From a virus (Duplodnaviria; Caudoviricetes): a stretch of 64,000 nt of DNA. The first letter of the stretch is position 1. Every line of letters begins with the position of its first letter. The translations under genes and the position numbers were made by a program. The stretch covers positions 32,001 to 96,000 of the IMG/VR virus record IMGVR_UViG_3300009431_000002; one strand, 5' to 3'. A model generated the notes under the pieces. The model ran no database searches. It saw only the letters and a program-made list of their open reading frames with translations, and was not told where the DNA came from. This document shows positions 35,235-43,922 of this stretch, one piece after another.

Positions 35235-35533
35235 GCACGCCTGAAGTCCGCGTCTTCTGCGCTGTGTGCGGCGACGAGCTGTACGACCCCTATGTCGAGG
35301 TCGAGGACGGGACGATCATCGTCACCGTCTCCGGCGTCTGCGAGCGCGAACACCGCCAAGCCCTGGAGCAGGCCGGCTGGGAGCACCGGCAGGCCCTCCA
35401 GCGGCAGCAGGAGCAGGCAGACCGCCGGCTCCGAGACCAACGACAGCACCACGAAACCCAGACGTTCCTGCGCGACGAGCAGGACCGCAAGGAGAAGGAG
35501 CGGCGGGGCTTCCGCCGGCTCCTCGGGAGGTAG
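35231..35533 (+). CDS. zinc-binding coiled-coil protein
   Basis: FCAVCG; Q/E-rich helix. Confidence 0.65.
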   Translation: MSTPEVRVFCAVCGDELYDPYVEVEDGTIIVTVSGVCEREHRQALEQAGWEHRQALQRQQEQADRRLRDQRQHHETQTFLRDEQDRKEKERRGFRRLLGR

Positions 35534-35535
35534 AG

Positions 35536-35835
35536 TTGATCCACAACCTGCGTGACCCGAACAACAACACGGTCGTCGACGTCGAGACCACGGATGATGA
35601 CCTGCTCCACGCCACTGTCGTCGTCGAGCCCTTCGCCCGCATGCTGCTGGCCCGCGTCAGCGGTGGCCTGACTCTCGACGACTTCATCGCTGACATGGCT
35701 GCCCTGCAGGACCTGAAGGGCGAGTGGTTCCTGTGCGTCGAGCACCGGAAGCCGGACTCGCCGCGGTCCCTCGCCACGCGTCGGCTGCGCGAGGTCGCTG
35801 CCCGCTACGGCGGCCTGGACTACGTGGAGGACTGA
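35536..35835 (+). CDS. hypothetical protein
   Basis: GGAGG before TTG. Confidence 0.6.
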   Translation: MIHNLRDPNNNTVVDVETTDDDLLHATVVVEPFARMLLARVSGGLTLDDFIADMAALQDLKGEWFLCVEHRKPDSPRSLATRRLREVAARYGGLDYVED

Positions 35836-36047
35836 TGGGAGTCAAGACCCAGCGAGTCGTCAGCACCTGCACCCCCGATGGCCAGCCCGCGCTCGACGAG
35901 GTCAGGTTCGAGTCCGTGAACGCGGGCATCCGCGGCCTCGTCTGCATCCAACTGCCTGGCGGAGAGCCTGGGCAGCCGATACCTGTCGCCTTCGTCCGGC
36001 TGTCCGACTTCCTCAAGGTCGCGTCCATTCTGCGGGAGGAGAAGTGA
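35835..36047 (+). CDS. hypothetical protein
   Basis: TGATG coupling. Confidence 0.6.
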   Translation: MGVKTQRVVSTCTPDGQPALDEVRFESVNAGIRGLVCIQLPGGEPGQPIPVAFVRLSDFLKVASILREEK

Positions 36048-36691
36048 TTCCCGTCGACCAGACTGTGTTCGGCGCGCCGGACGGCAACTGCTACTCCGCC
36101 GCGCTCGCCTCCATCCTGGAGATCCCGCTGGAAGACGTGCCGCACTTCACCAAGTTGGTGCCCTATGAGACCACGGGCCCGGAGTGGCACCGCGTCACCA
36201 ATGAGTGGGCGCTGACGCAGGGCTTCTTCCTGCTCGCCCTCGACGCCGAGGCCAACATCGCCGTGTACCAGGAGGCTGACCTGCCCATGCCCTGGGCTGA
36301 CGCCTACCACCTGATCTGCGGCGAAGCACGCCGCGGGGACGACCTCATCCGGCACGTCGTGGTCGGCAAGGGCGGAGAGATGGTCCACGACCCCAACTCC
36401 GAACACCGCAATGGGTTGGAGACCGTCGACCTCTTCGAGTTCCTGGTCCCCCTGGACCCGGCTCGTCGGGAGGTCAGTGCACTACGGCGGCTCGTGGCCA
36501 TGCGCCTGCTGGACTTCAACCGACCGACGGTCGAGAACATCGCGGCCGAGATGGGCTACGACGCCCCGGACGGCGTGGCTGTCGCCACACTCGTCCGATG
36601 GATGGTCGACCGCCCCGTCGAGATGCTGAAGGCCCGACTCCTGCCTGGGTGGGAGAAGACGCTCGGCGACATCTTCGGAGGCAGGCCATGA
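36044..36691 (+). CDS. putative papain-like (C39-type) Cys-His-Asp protein
   Basis: QT...GNCYSAALASIL, VPHF, HVVV, VHDPN. Confidence 0.5.
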   Translation: MIPVDQTVFGAPDGNCYSAALASILEIPLEDVPHFTKLVPYETTGPEWHRVTNEWALTQGFFLLALDAEANIAVYQEADLPMPWADAYHLICGEARRGDDLIRHVVVGKGGEMVHDPNSEHRNGLETVDLFEFLVPLDPARREVSALRRLVAMRLLDFNRPTVENIAAEMGYDAPDGVAVATLVRWMVDRPVEMLKARLLPGWEKTLGDIFGGRP

Positions 36692-37062
36692 GCCGCCCCT
36701 ACTGGTGGGTCGTCACGATCCCCAAGACCACGCCTTGGGACGAGTATCGCCGCGAGCTTGCTGCGGTCGAGGCCGACCCCCACATGACCCTGAACTTCCG
36801 CGTCCCGCACTTCCCCCGCGAGATGAAGGTCGGCGACCGCTGCTACGTCGTGTGGAATGGCCGCATCCGCGGATGGATGGAGATCGTCGGCCTCGACGAG
36901 TTCGACCGCGGTTGGACCTGCGAGGTCACCGGCCGCGAGTGGCCGCCGGGCAAGTACATCCAGCGCAAGGGCAAGTTCCACCACCTCAACCACCAGCCCG
37001 AAATGACCGGCTTCCGAGGCGTGCAGCAGCTCGTCAAGTGGCCGGACGAGGAGGCGACGTGA
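36688..37062 (+). CDS. ASCH/PUA-like domain protein
   Basis: MKVGDRCYVVWNGRIRGWMEI, GFRG. Confidence 0.5.
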   Translation: MSRPYWWVVTIPKTTPWDEYRRELAAVEADPHMTLNFRVPHFPREMKVGDRCYVVWNGRIRGWMEIVGLDEFDRGWTCEVTGREWPPGKYIQRKGKFHHLNHQPEMTGFRGVQQLVKWPDEEAT

Positions 37063-37298
37063 TCAAGATCAACTTCCACATCAGCATCGAGACCGACAAC
37101 GTCAGCGGCATCCGGCACGCCACCGAGGTCCAGCTCCCCAGCGGGAAGATGGATCTGGAAGAGGCGCAGCGACTGGTCGACAAGTACGCCAAACTCATCT
37201 CGACGGACATCTCCGAGATCGGGGAGGCGGGGCACGAGGCGCTGACCACCACTGAGGACGCGGTGACCTACGTCGAGAAGTTCGAGGAGGGGACATGA
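37059..37298 (+). CDS. hypothetical protein
   Basis: GGAGG before GTG. Confidence 0.6.
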   Translation: MIKINFHISIETDNVSGIRHATEVQLPSGKMDLEEAQRLVDKYAKLISTDISEIGEAGHEALTTTEDAVTYVEKFEEGT

Positions 37299-37549
37299 GC
37301 CAGGGGTGGATGGGCTCCCAGCAGGAGCTGCTTGACGCACTGGCTGCCGTCGGCGCAGACCGCGACGGCAACGGCAACTTCCTCATCCACTACGGCGGCG
37401 TGACGTCCTTCATGGGCGTCGATGACCCGAACAACGACGTGGTCGTTGATGACATCGCCTGCTACTCAGTTGGCGGGCAGATGCGCAACCTCTCCGAGAT
37501 GATGAACGGCCGCGGCGTCGGCCTGTGCAACGTGGTGGTGATCTCGTGA
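37295..37549 (+). CDS. hypothetical protein
   Basis: ATGA coupling. Confidence 0.6.
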   Translation: MSQGWMGSQQELLDALAAVGADRDGNGNFLIHYGGVTSFMGVDDPNNDVVVDDIACYSVGGQMRNLSEMMNGRGVGLCNVVVIS

Positions 37550-37788
37550 CCCGCATGGCCACCATCACCGTGCAGTGCGGCAGCGGGCAACGACAGCTCA
37601 AGGTGCCGCAGGACATCCGAGACGCCTTGGACGACCTCGCCAAGACCCAGATGGCTGTGGTCGACCTCCGACGCCGCGACGACGGTCGGTGGGAGATGGT
37701 GGTCGGCGACGAAGTCCGAGTCCTGGAGACGGAGGTGCCGGACGACATGGAGGAGGGGTTTGTCTTTCCGAAGGTCGTGGTCTTCTAG
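37546..37788 (+). CDS. hypothetical protein
   Basis: GTGA coupling. Confidence 0.6.
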   Translation: MTRMATITVQCGSGQRQLKVPQDIRDALDDLAKTQMAVVDLRRRDDGRWEMVVGDEVRVLETEVPDDMEEGFVFPKVVVF

Positions 37789-38021
37789 TGCGCTTCGACG
37801 AGCGTGACCTCCGGCGCCGCGGCCACAGGTTCCGGGTCGCCAACGGTACAGGCTACGTCACCGACACTCCGCATTTGGATCGAGCGTTGCGCGTGGGTGG
37901 GCGGTCAGCCCTGAACTTCGTGCTGTGGCTCGAGCCCGAGACGCGAGACTGGGTCCAGGTCAGTGCAGCTGGGAGCGACGAACTCCTACCGCGCGGGCAA
38001 TGGCACGTCTCGCTGTACTGA
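37788..38021 (+). CDS. hypothetical protein
   Basis: TAGTG coupling. Confidence 0.55.
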   Translation: MRFDERDLRRRGHRFRVANGTGYVTDTPHLDRALRVGGRSALNFVLWLEPETRDWVQVSAAGSDELLPRGQWHVSLY

Positions 38022-38026
38022 CCACG

Positions 38027-38053
38027 GGGAGGCCTGCCAGCCTCTCCATTAGC
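38027..38053 (+). terminator. hairpin GGGAGGC...GCCTCTCC followed by ATTAGC
   Basis: intergenic, after a stop codon. Confidence 0.5.
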
Positions 38054-38074
38054 CTGCAATTACGGGGGGTTGTC

Positions 38075-38085
38075 GGCATAAGGGG
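38075..38085 (+). promoter_or_regulatory. phage promoter-like motif GGCATAAGGGG
   Basis: recurrent motif, then AGGAGG and ATG at 38113. Confidence 0.65.
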
Positions 38086-38112
38086 TCCAACAACCCGAAG
38101 AGGAGGTATCGT

Positions 38113-39330
38113 ATGCCAGACAGGTTCAGACTCGAAGACCATTGCCAGCTGGTGCGCATCAGCGACGAGTGGTGGGCTGCGGACATCGTGCTCACAGAGT
38201 CGCTGGCCAAGCTGTTCATCCGCACCATGCTCCCCAACCGCCGGATCACGTGGCGCCACGTCCACCGCATGGCCATCGACATCCTCGAGGGGAACTACCC
38301 GTTCAACCCCTTCGAGCCGATGGAGTTCGATGTCGACACGGGCCGGATGCGGGGCGGCCAGCAGCGCTGCCACGCCCTCCTGCTGGCGTGCAAACGCCGT
38401 CCTGGGACCACCGTGAGGGTGGCCATCGTCAAGTGCCCCAAGACCGCGATGTACGGACAGGGACTGCCGCAGAAGCCCAAGGACTTTCTGGATACGCCGA
38501 GGGCCGCGCTGAAGACGAAGGTGGCGGCGTTCCTGTGGCTGCTCGAGCGCGGGCCGCGGGCTGTCACTGGATCCTGGCGACCGACTACCGCGCAGATCCT
38601 GGAGACTTACATGGCGTGGCAGGACCTGGTGGATGTCTCGGCCGAGGAGATCCCGACGATGGGCGGGGTGGATTTCCGGCACCACTGCTGCGGCAACTAC
38701 GCGTGGTTCATCGCCCTGGACTGCATCTTCCGGAAGATCGACGACACCAACGCCCGGATCTTCAGGCGACAGGTCGTGGTGGGCGAGGGCCTGGAGGAGG
38801 GCGATCCGGCGCGGACGCTGCGCATCCGCCTCAACGGCCTCGCCACCGACCTGAAGTCCGGTGCCAAGATGAAGTACCACCACAAGCAGCCGTGGTACCG
38901 GATGGCCATGGCTATCCTGGCGTGGAACGCCTTCTCCCAGGACAACGCGCTCAAGCGCCTTACTCAGTCCGCCGACCCCGACACCTTCCCGGAGATCCGC
39001 GGCTGGCTGCGGTGGGTGAGCATCTCATGGCGCCCGCCCAAGACGCGGCCGACGGATCTGTACCTGGAGATGGAGGGCAAGCTCGAGCCCCAGGCCGGCC
39101 CCCCGCAGCCCCCCGAAGACGACATCAAGAAGGAGATGGCGCGACGCGTCGACGGCACCGGCAAGTACTGCTACGACATCTCGAGGTTGCGCCACGTCGC
39201 CGTTGTGACGGGGCTGATGACCGAGGTTGTGGCCGAGACCATGGTCCGCCAGCAGCTGGTGGACGCGATCAAGGCGTCGGGGCTGTCGGTGGAGGCGTTC
39301 CGGACCGAGGTGTGGGGTGACCACGCCTGA
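38113..39330 (+). CDS. ParB/Srx-like N-terminal domain protein
   Basis: NRRIT..HV.RMA.DILEG......MEFD..G.MRGGQQRCHAL (variant of DGQHRL). Confidence 0.6.
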   Translation: MPDRFRLEDHCQLVRISDEWWAADIVLTESLAKLFIRTMLPNRRITWRHVHRMAIDILEGNYPFNPFEPMEFDVDTGRMRGGQQRCHALLLACKRRPGTTVRVAIVKCPKTAMYGQGLPQKPKDFLDTPRAALKTKVAAFLWLLERGPRAVTGSWRPTTAQILETYMAWQDLVDVSAEEIPTMGGVDFRHHCCGNYAWFIALDCIFRKIDDTNARIFRRQVVVGEGLEEGDPARTLRIRLNGLATDLKSGAKMKYHHKQPWYRMAMAILAWNAFSQDNALKRLTQSADPDTFPEIRGWLRWVSISWRPPKTRPTDLYLEMEGKLEPQAGPPQPPEDDIKKEMARRVDGTGKYCYDISRLRHVAVVTGLMTEVVAETMVRQQLVDAIKASGLSVEAFRTEVWGDHA

Positions 39331-40177
39331 TGGTGGCGCGGCGCTTGAGGCGCACCGGCTCATGCAAGAGGCGTTGGATCGTCTCGGCGCCGGGGATGTC
39401 GTCCGGGCGAAGCGCGCCGCGAAACGCGCGTTCTTGCTGCTGGGCGATGTGGTTGCTGCGTCGAAGCAGCCCGTTCCGCTGCTCCGCTCCGATGAGGTGG
39501 ACTGGTCCAGGTGGGACGGGCTGCTCGGTGTGATCGACGACGAGTCCCTCGCACCGCTGATCGGTTGCAGCGTCTGGGCCGTTGGCAGGCGGCGTTGCAA
39601 GCGCGGAATCCGCCACTCCAGGTGGGTCGAGTGGACCCCGAGTGCGCTGGCGCTTCTAGGCCGCGTGAGCGACACGGATGCTGCTGCTGTGCTCGGGTGC
39701 ACCCACTCTTCGGTTCGACAGAAGCGGCTGTCGTTGGGCATCCCCCTCTACCGTGCCGAGCCGCCGGAGTGGCGCGGCCTTGTGGGCAAGGTGCCCGATG
39801 CGGAACTGGCACGTGAGTATGGCGTATCTGTCCACACAGTGCGGGATCGTCGTCGAGCTGCCGGGAAGAAGCCCTGCCCAGGTACAGGCAGCGGCCTGGA
39901 GTGGATCGATGAGGACGATGCGATTCTGGGCACCATGCCTGATTCCCGTGTAGCCAAGCTCGTGGGTTGTTCGGCGTCGTCTGTCGGAAACCGCCGGCGT
40001 GAACTGGGGATCCCCGCGTTCTCAAAGTACGACTGGGCTCCGCATGAGCACCTGCTCGGCAAGATCTCGGATGAGGAGATGGCGCGTCTCGTTGGCTGCA
40101 CTGTGCGCGGCGCAGAGAATCGGCGGCGGAAGCGGGCGCGGGGTATTCCCATGCCGGGACGTTGGCCGAAGTCGTGA
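39317..40177 (+). CDS. protein with tandem ~40-aa HTH-like repeats
   Basis: five LLG.(V/M/I).D...A...G.S...V..RR..LGI repeats. Confidence 0.7.
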   Translation: MTTPDGGAALEAHRLMQEALDRLGAGDVVRAKRAAKRAFLLLGDVVAASKQPVPLLRSDEVDWSRWDGLLGVIDDESLAPLIGCSVWAVGRRRCKRGIRHSRWVEWTPSALALLGRVSDTDAAAVLGCTHSSVRQKRLSLGIPLYRAEPPEWRGLVGKVPDAELAREYGVSVHTVRDRRRAAGKKPCPGTGSGLEWIDEDDAILGTMPDSRVAKLVGCSASSVGNRRRELGIPAFSKYDWAPHEHLLGKISDEEMARLVGCTVRGAENRRRKRARGIPMPGRWPKS

Positions 40178-40210
40178 CGGGAGGTGGCCAGCCGGCCCCT
40201 CTCCATTAGC
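40178..40210 (+). terminator. hairpin GGGAGGTGGCC...GGCCCCTCTCC followed by ATTAGC
   Basis: immediately after a stop codon. Confidence 0.5.
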
Positions 40211-40233
40211 TCGCAAATGCAACTACGGCAGTT

Positions 40234-40242
40234 GGGATAAGG
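40234..40242 (+). promoter_or_regulatory. phage promoter-like motif GGGATAAGG
   Basis: recurrent motif. Confidence 0.6.
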
Positions 40243-40268
40243 ATCACAACACCCGAAAGGAGAGGATC

Positions 40269-40436
40269 ATGATCGATACGAAGACGATGGCTGACGCAGT
40301 TCGCAAGGCCATGAAGGAGAACGGAGTCGACGACGCCGTCATCACCATCACCCAAGGCGACACGGCCCGGGTCACGGGCTACGGCGTGCGCAAGGATGGC
40401 GCGAAGGTGTCGATGAAGCTCGAGGTGACGCCATGA
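40269..40436 (+). CDS. small hypothetical protein
   Basis: AGGAGAGG RBS. Confidence 0.65.
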   Translation: MIDTKTMADAVRKAMKENGVDDAVITITQGDTARVTGYGVRKDGAKVSMKLEVTP

Positions 40437-40873
40437 CCTACGAGTTCCCGTGGGGCCGCGCCGCCAAGCCGCTGCAGGTCTGCGAGCGGACCTACCACGA
40501 CCACACTGTCAAGTTCATCCCAACAGAGCGGTTGGCCACGAAGGTCGAGTGCCTGACCTGCGCCGAAGTCCTGCATGAAGGCACGTTCGAGCCCAAGTCC
40601 TTCGCCGCCAAGCACTGGGACGCCGTCAAGAAGTGGGGGTTCGAGGAGCGCGAGCACCTCCGCCAGCACTACAAGCTGCCCTACGTCGAGGACGTGTCCC
40701 AGCTGTACCCGCAGCAGTCCATTGCTGGGCTACGTGGGATCATCGCTTCTCGACGCGACATGCAGCTGCGCAAGAAGCCGGAGCGACAGCTCATCCACTT
40801 GGCCCTGCGTACCGGGGACGTGCGGCGTGTCCTCGACGGCCTGGCACTGCTGGGGGCGCAGGAGCAGGAGTGA
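40433..40873 (+). CDS. hypothetical protein
   Basis: ATGA coupling; CLTC. Confidence 0.7.
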   Translation: MTYEFPWGRAAKPLQVCERTYHDHTVKFIPTERLATKVECLTCAEVLHEGTFEPKSFAAKHWDAVKKWGFEEREHLRQHYKLPYVEDVSQLYPQQSIAGLRGIIASRRDMQLRKKPERQLIHLALRTGDVRRVLDGLALLGAQEQE

Positions 40874-41482
40874 ACGGCTCCCTACGGGGAGACGTGGAGG
40901 GACCGCCACCTCCCGTTTACCTGTAGAAGTCCACCAGTCCCCCTCACTGACGGGATTCCAACTTCGTCACCAGTTGGAATACGCCACCACCACAACAAAA
41001 AAATTTGGTATCCAAGTTGAGACCGTCACTCTGACTCCCGGGGCCCCTTGTAGCGAAGGGGTACCCCAGATCATAGCTGCACGCCAATACGACGCAAAGA
41101 TGAACGAGCACTCGTGATAAGGGTGTTGTCGGCAGTCGTGGCTCGCCACCACGCAACGGCACGAGAGGCTTTGATTTTAGCCCGTGATTGCGCTGTTCGG
41201 CTGTAGGACACGTAGCGCTACGACCCGTACAGGGCCAACACAACTCCAGTTGGGTTTGCTGAAGGTTGAGCTAGGGCATGGATGACCCCTAGAAGGAAAC
41301 AACGCACTTGCTAGCAACCACGAGGGTTGGACACAAGGGCCCACAAGGCACACGAGAGCATCGCCCTGTACCCCTACACACCACCTGCCCTCCTACAACA
41401 CCTCTTTGTGCGCGGCTGACCACGGCAAAGGGCATGACCGCAGGGTATAAGGGGCCCGAACTTACTGAAGAAGGGAGAATCG
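40874..41482. other. ~600-bp lower-GC non-coding region with hairpins and promoter motifs
   Basis: no coding-like ORF; A7 tract; 3 or more stems; motifs at 41114, 41329 and 41443. Confidence 0.6.
41443..41454 (+). promoter_or_regulatory. phage promoter-like motif GGGTATAAGGGG
   Basis: recurrent motif. Confidence 0.65.
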
Positions 41483-41674
41483 ATGGATCACGACATCAAC
41501 GGGGTACTGCTGTGCCCCACCTGCATCCGCAGCACCTTCGAGCGCACACCGCCTGACCCCGTGGAGCGGGGTGTCTGCGGCCTGTGCGAGAAGGACACGG
41601 GCGTAGTCGCCCTGCCCTGCCCCACCGACGTCCCGTACCCCCACACCAGCTGCCTCCACCGGAGGACGCTGTGA
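41483..41674 (+). CDS. Cys-rich zinc-finger protein
   Basis: CPTC, CGLC, C..H. Confidence 0.65.
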   Translation: MDHDINGVLLCPTCIRSTFERTPPDPVERGVCGLCEKDTGVVALPCPTDVPYPHTSCLHRRTL

Positions 41675-41943
41675 CCACCAATCCGTTCAAGGTCGGCGAC
41701 GTCATCGAGGGCTACGCAGGCGGCCTGTTCGGGCGAGACAGCTACAGCGACAAGCGCGTTGAGGCCGTCGGCCCGGACTGGTGTGTCCTGCGATCCCTGG
41801 ACCCCGATCACGACTACGGCCGCAGTGAGCGCGACCGCAAGCACGGCAGCGTGTTCTTGATCGACGCCGACGACTTCGAGCTTGCCATGGGACACAAGCA
41901 GGGCCCCAAGCGATGCACCGCCTGCGGGCACGAGGAGGAATGA
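41671..41943 (+). CDS. small phage protein
   Basis: GGAGG before GTG; VGDVI.GYAGG.FGRDSY. Confidence 0.65.
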   Translation: MTTNPFKVGDVIEGYAGGLFGRDSYSDKRVEAVGPDWCVLRSLDPDHDYGRSERDRKHGSVFLIDADDFELAMGHKQGPKRCTACGHEEE

Positions 41944-42461
41944 TGAAGCCACACATGCTGATGCTCAGTCCCGAGCACACCGTCACCATCCGGTCCGAGC
42001 GCCTGCCCATGTCGGGCGAAGAGGCGACGGGCCGAGACCCCAAGCTGTCGAGAGCCGCCACCTACTACGTCTGCCGGGAGGTCGAGCGCATCTTCAACAA
42101 CGGCTCGCCGAGATCGCTCGAGCCCGCAGACCTCGAGGCCACGGTCACCTACGACGTGGGTGCCGATGCCCCGGTGGTCCTGCGCTTCCTCGAGGCGCGC
42201 ATGCCCCTGCTGCTGGTGGAGCCCAGCATCCGGCAGACCGACCTGCTCGTCACGGTGCCCGAGAACATCGTGCGCCACGGCGAGCGGGAGGCCTACCACC
42301 ACGACGCCGCCCGCCTGCTGGTCAACAACCTGGCCGAGTGCATCATGCCCGAGCACGTCGAGCTCCTGGACAACCGCACCGCCGAGCTCCTGGCCCTCAA
42401 GATGGGGTGCCAGGTCGGCGAGATCGCCGAGTGCCTCACCGACTACCGGAGCCAGCCATGA
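41940..42461 (+). CDS. hypothetical protein
   Basis: GAGGAGG RBS. Confidence 0.7.
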   Translation: MMKPHMLMLSPEHTVTIRSERLPMSGEEATGRDPKLSRAATYYVCREVERIFNNGSPRSLEPADLEATVTYDVGADAPVVLRFLEARMPLLLVEPSIRQTDLLVTVPENIVRHGEREAYHHDAARLLVNNLAECIMPEHVELLDNRTAELLALKMGCQVGEIAECLTDYRSQP

Positions 42462-42961
42462 CCTTCCAGGAGTGGCTGAGTCGAGAGGGTGCCTGCGATG
42501 ACGGCGTGACGTGGGTCGGCGGCAAGCCCTGGCGTGCAGCCTGGGAGGAGTGCCGGCTGCCTGCGTGGCTGTTCTGGCTGGCATGGAAGTGCGGCGCGCC
42601 CGACAAGGAGCTCTTCGAGGCCGCACTGATCCTGTGGACCGAAGAGCTCCGAGAGTCCGGGGACAAAGGCGCTGCGGCCCTGGAGTACATCGAGGACCTG
42701 CAGGCCCGCTCGAGCGAGAGCCTAGCACACGCCCGCGTGCGCGGCGACGAGCCGTACGTCACCTTCCGCTACGCGGTCCTCGGCACTCGACTTGACTGGT
42801 CCCTCGAGCCTCACACAGCGTTCATCGACCAGGGCGAGGACGACCTCCAGCAGGACGAGGAGCTGCACTTCTTCCTCGACATGGAGCGGGGCTTCTGCGA
42901 CCAGATCCGAGAGTTCTTCACCCACTACGTCGAGGAGGCTGACCTGCCATGCGCACCCTGA
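42458..42961 (+). CDS. hypothetical Trp-rich phage protein
   Basis: WL..EGAC..G..W, AWLFWLAW. Confidence 0.65.
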   Translation: MTFQEWLSREGACDDGVTWVGGKPWRAAWEECRLPAWLFWLAWKCGAPDKELFEAALILWTEELRESGDKGAAALEYIEDLQARSSESLAHARVRGDEPYVTFRYAVLGTRLDWSLEPHTAFIDQGEDDLQQDEELHFFLDMERGFCDQIREFFTHYVEEADLPCAP

Positions 42962-43512
42962 CCATCCGTGTCGGCGCCATCCACTGCCGTGTCGAACTGC
43001 CGAAGGGCAGCTACGTCCTGTCCAGGTCCGCCCATCACGTGCTGGTGGGCGGTCTCACCCGTGCCCTGCAGGCACGACAGAGCCGCACCGCCGTCAGCGA
43101 GGTCCCGTTCAAGCTGACGACCGTCGAGGACGGCGGCATGCACCTCGCCACCACCGACAGCAGCCCCGTGTTCGTCGAGATCCCCGAGCTCACGCCCCTG
43201 AGCCACACCATCCACACCATCGAGGAGGCGGCCGCCCAGCTCGAACTGGAGTCTGAGCGGCTGCTGGAGCAGGCCGAGAAGCTCCGCATCCGCATCAACA
43301 CCCTGGCCCGGGAGCGGGAGGGCATCCGCCCCGCCACCAGGGAGGAGTGGGAGGGCAGCCTGGAGATGGAGCGGGAGGACGCCACGCACCCCTGCAACCA
43401 CCACGACCCAGACATCTGCGACTGCCGTGGCGCGTGCTCCTGCCACTGGCGCAAGGACCCGCCTGGCGACGGGCACAAGGGGTCCACTACCGAAGGAAGG
43501 GAGATCACGTGA
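42949..43512 (+). CDS. hypothetical protein with a Cys/His tail
   Basis: GGAGG RBS; CNHH..ICDC..ACSCH. Confidence 0.65.
   Translation: MRTLTIRVGAIHCRVELPKGSYVLSRSAHHVLVGGLTRALQARQSRTAVSEVPFKLTTVEDGGMHLATTDSSPVFVEIPELTPLSHTIHTIEEAAAQLELESERLLEQAEKLRIRINTLAREREGIRPATREEWEGSLEMEREDATHPCNHHDPDICDCRGACSCHWRKDPPGDGHKGSTTEGREIT
43471..43482 (+). promoter_or_regulatory. phage promoter-like motif GGGCACAAGGGG inside the end of the upstream gene
   Basis: same spacing to RBS and GTG (43509) as the other copies. Confidence 0.55.
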
Positions 43513-43922
43513 CCGCTGCCAATCCGAACATGCACTCCACCAACGTCTTCACGGGCGGGCGGATGCTCACCATCAACTACGAGGCCGCCGGCATCACCGA
43601 GTTCGCCCAAGCGCGGCTGGAGAAGGCCGCCATGGACGCCTTCGACTTGCCCAAGGGGACGCTCGACAAGGTCGTGAACTGGGTGCTCTCCTGGTCCCAC
43701 ACGGGCCAGACCGCCGCACTCGTCGCTGTCGCCATGTCCGGCCCCATCCACATCACGCCGCTGCCCGGCGTCGCCCTGCGCACCAAGTGGTTCCGCGCCA
43801 CCGAGGACCTCGTGGAGGAGCGGGACAACCTGGAGCGGACCGTCAAGGCCCTCGAGGACCACATCGTGGGCCACAAGGCCGAGATCGAGAAGCTCGACGA
43901 GCTGCTGCGGGAGGTCGTATGA
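43509..43922 (+). CDS. hypothetical protein with C-terminal coiled coil
   Basis: AGGGAG RBS. Confidence 0.65.
   Translation: MTAANPNMHSTNVFTGGRMLTINYEAAGITEFAQARLEKAAMDAFDLPKGTLDKVVNWVLSWSHTGQTAALVAVAMSGPIHITPLPGVALRTKWFRATEDLVEERDNLERTVKALEDHIVGHKAEIEKLDELLREVV

Noticed and set aside
35905-35915. GGTTCGAGTCC tRNA T-loop-like string
   Set aside because: It lies inside a CDS (RFESV) with no acceptor, D or anticodon arms. No tRNA is called anywhere in the window.
39830-39845. CCACACAGTGCGG as a sixth palindrome copy
   Set aside because: Only 10 of 13 positions match and the symmetry is broken, so it is plausibly chance.
40575-41556. ORFs 40575..41117, 40944..41243, 40967..41152 and 41308..41556
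   Set aside because: They have atypical codon use and no RBS, and they overlap real genes or the hairpin-rich gap.
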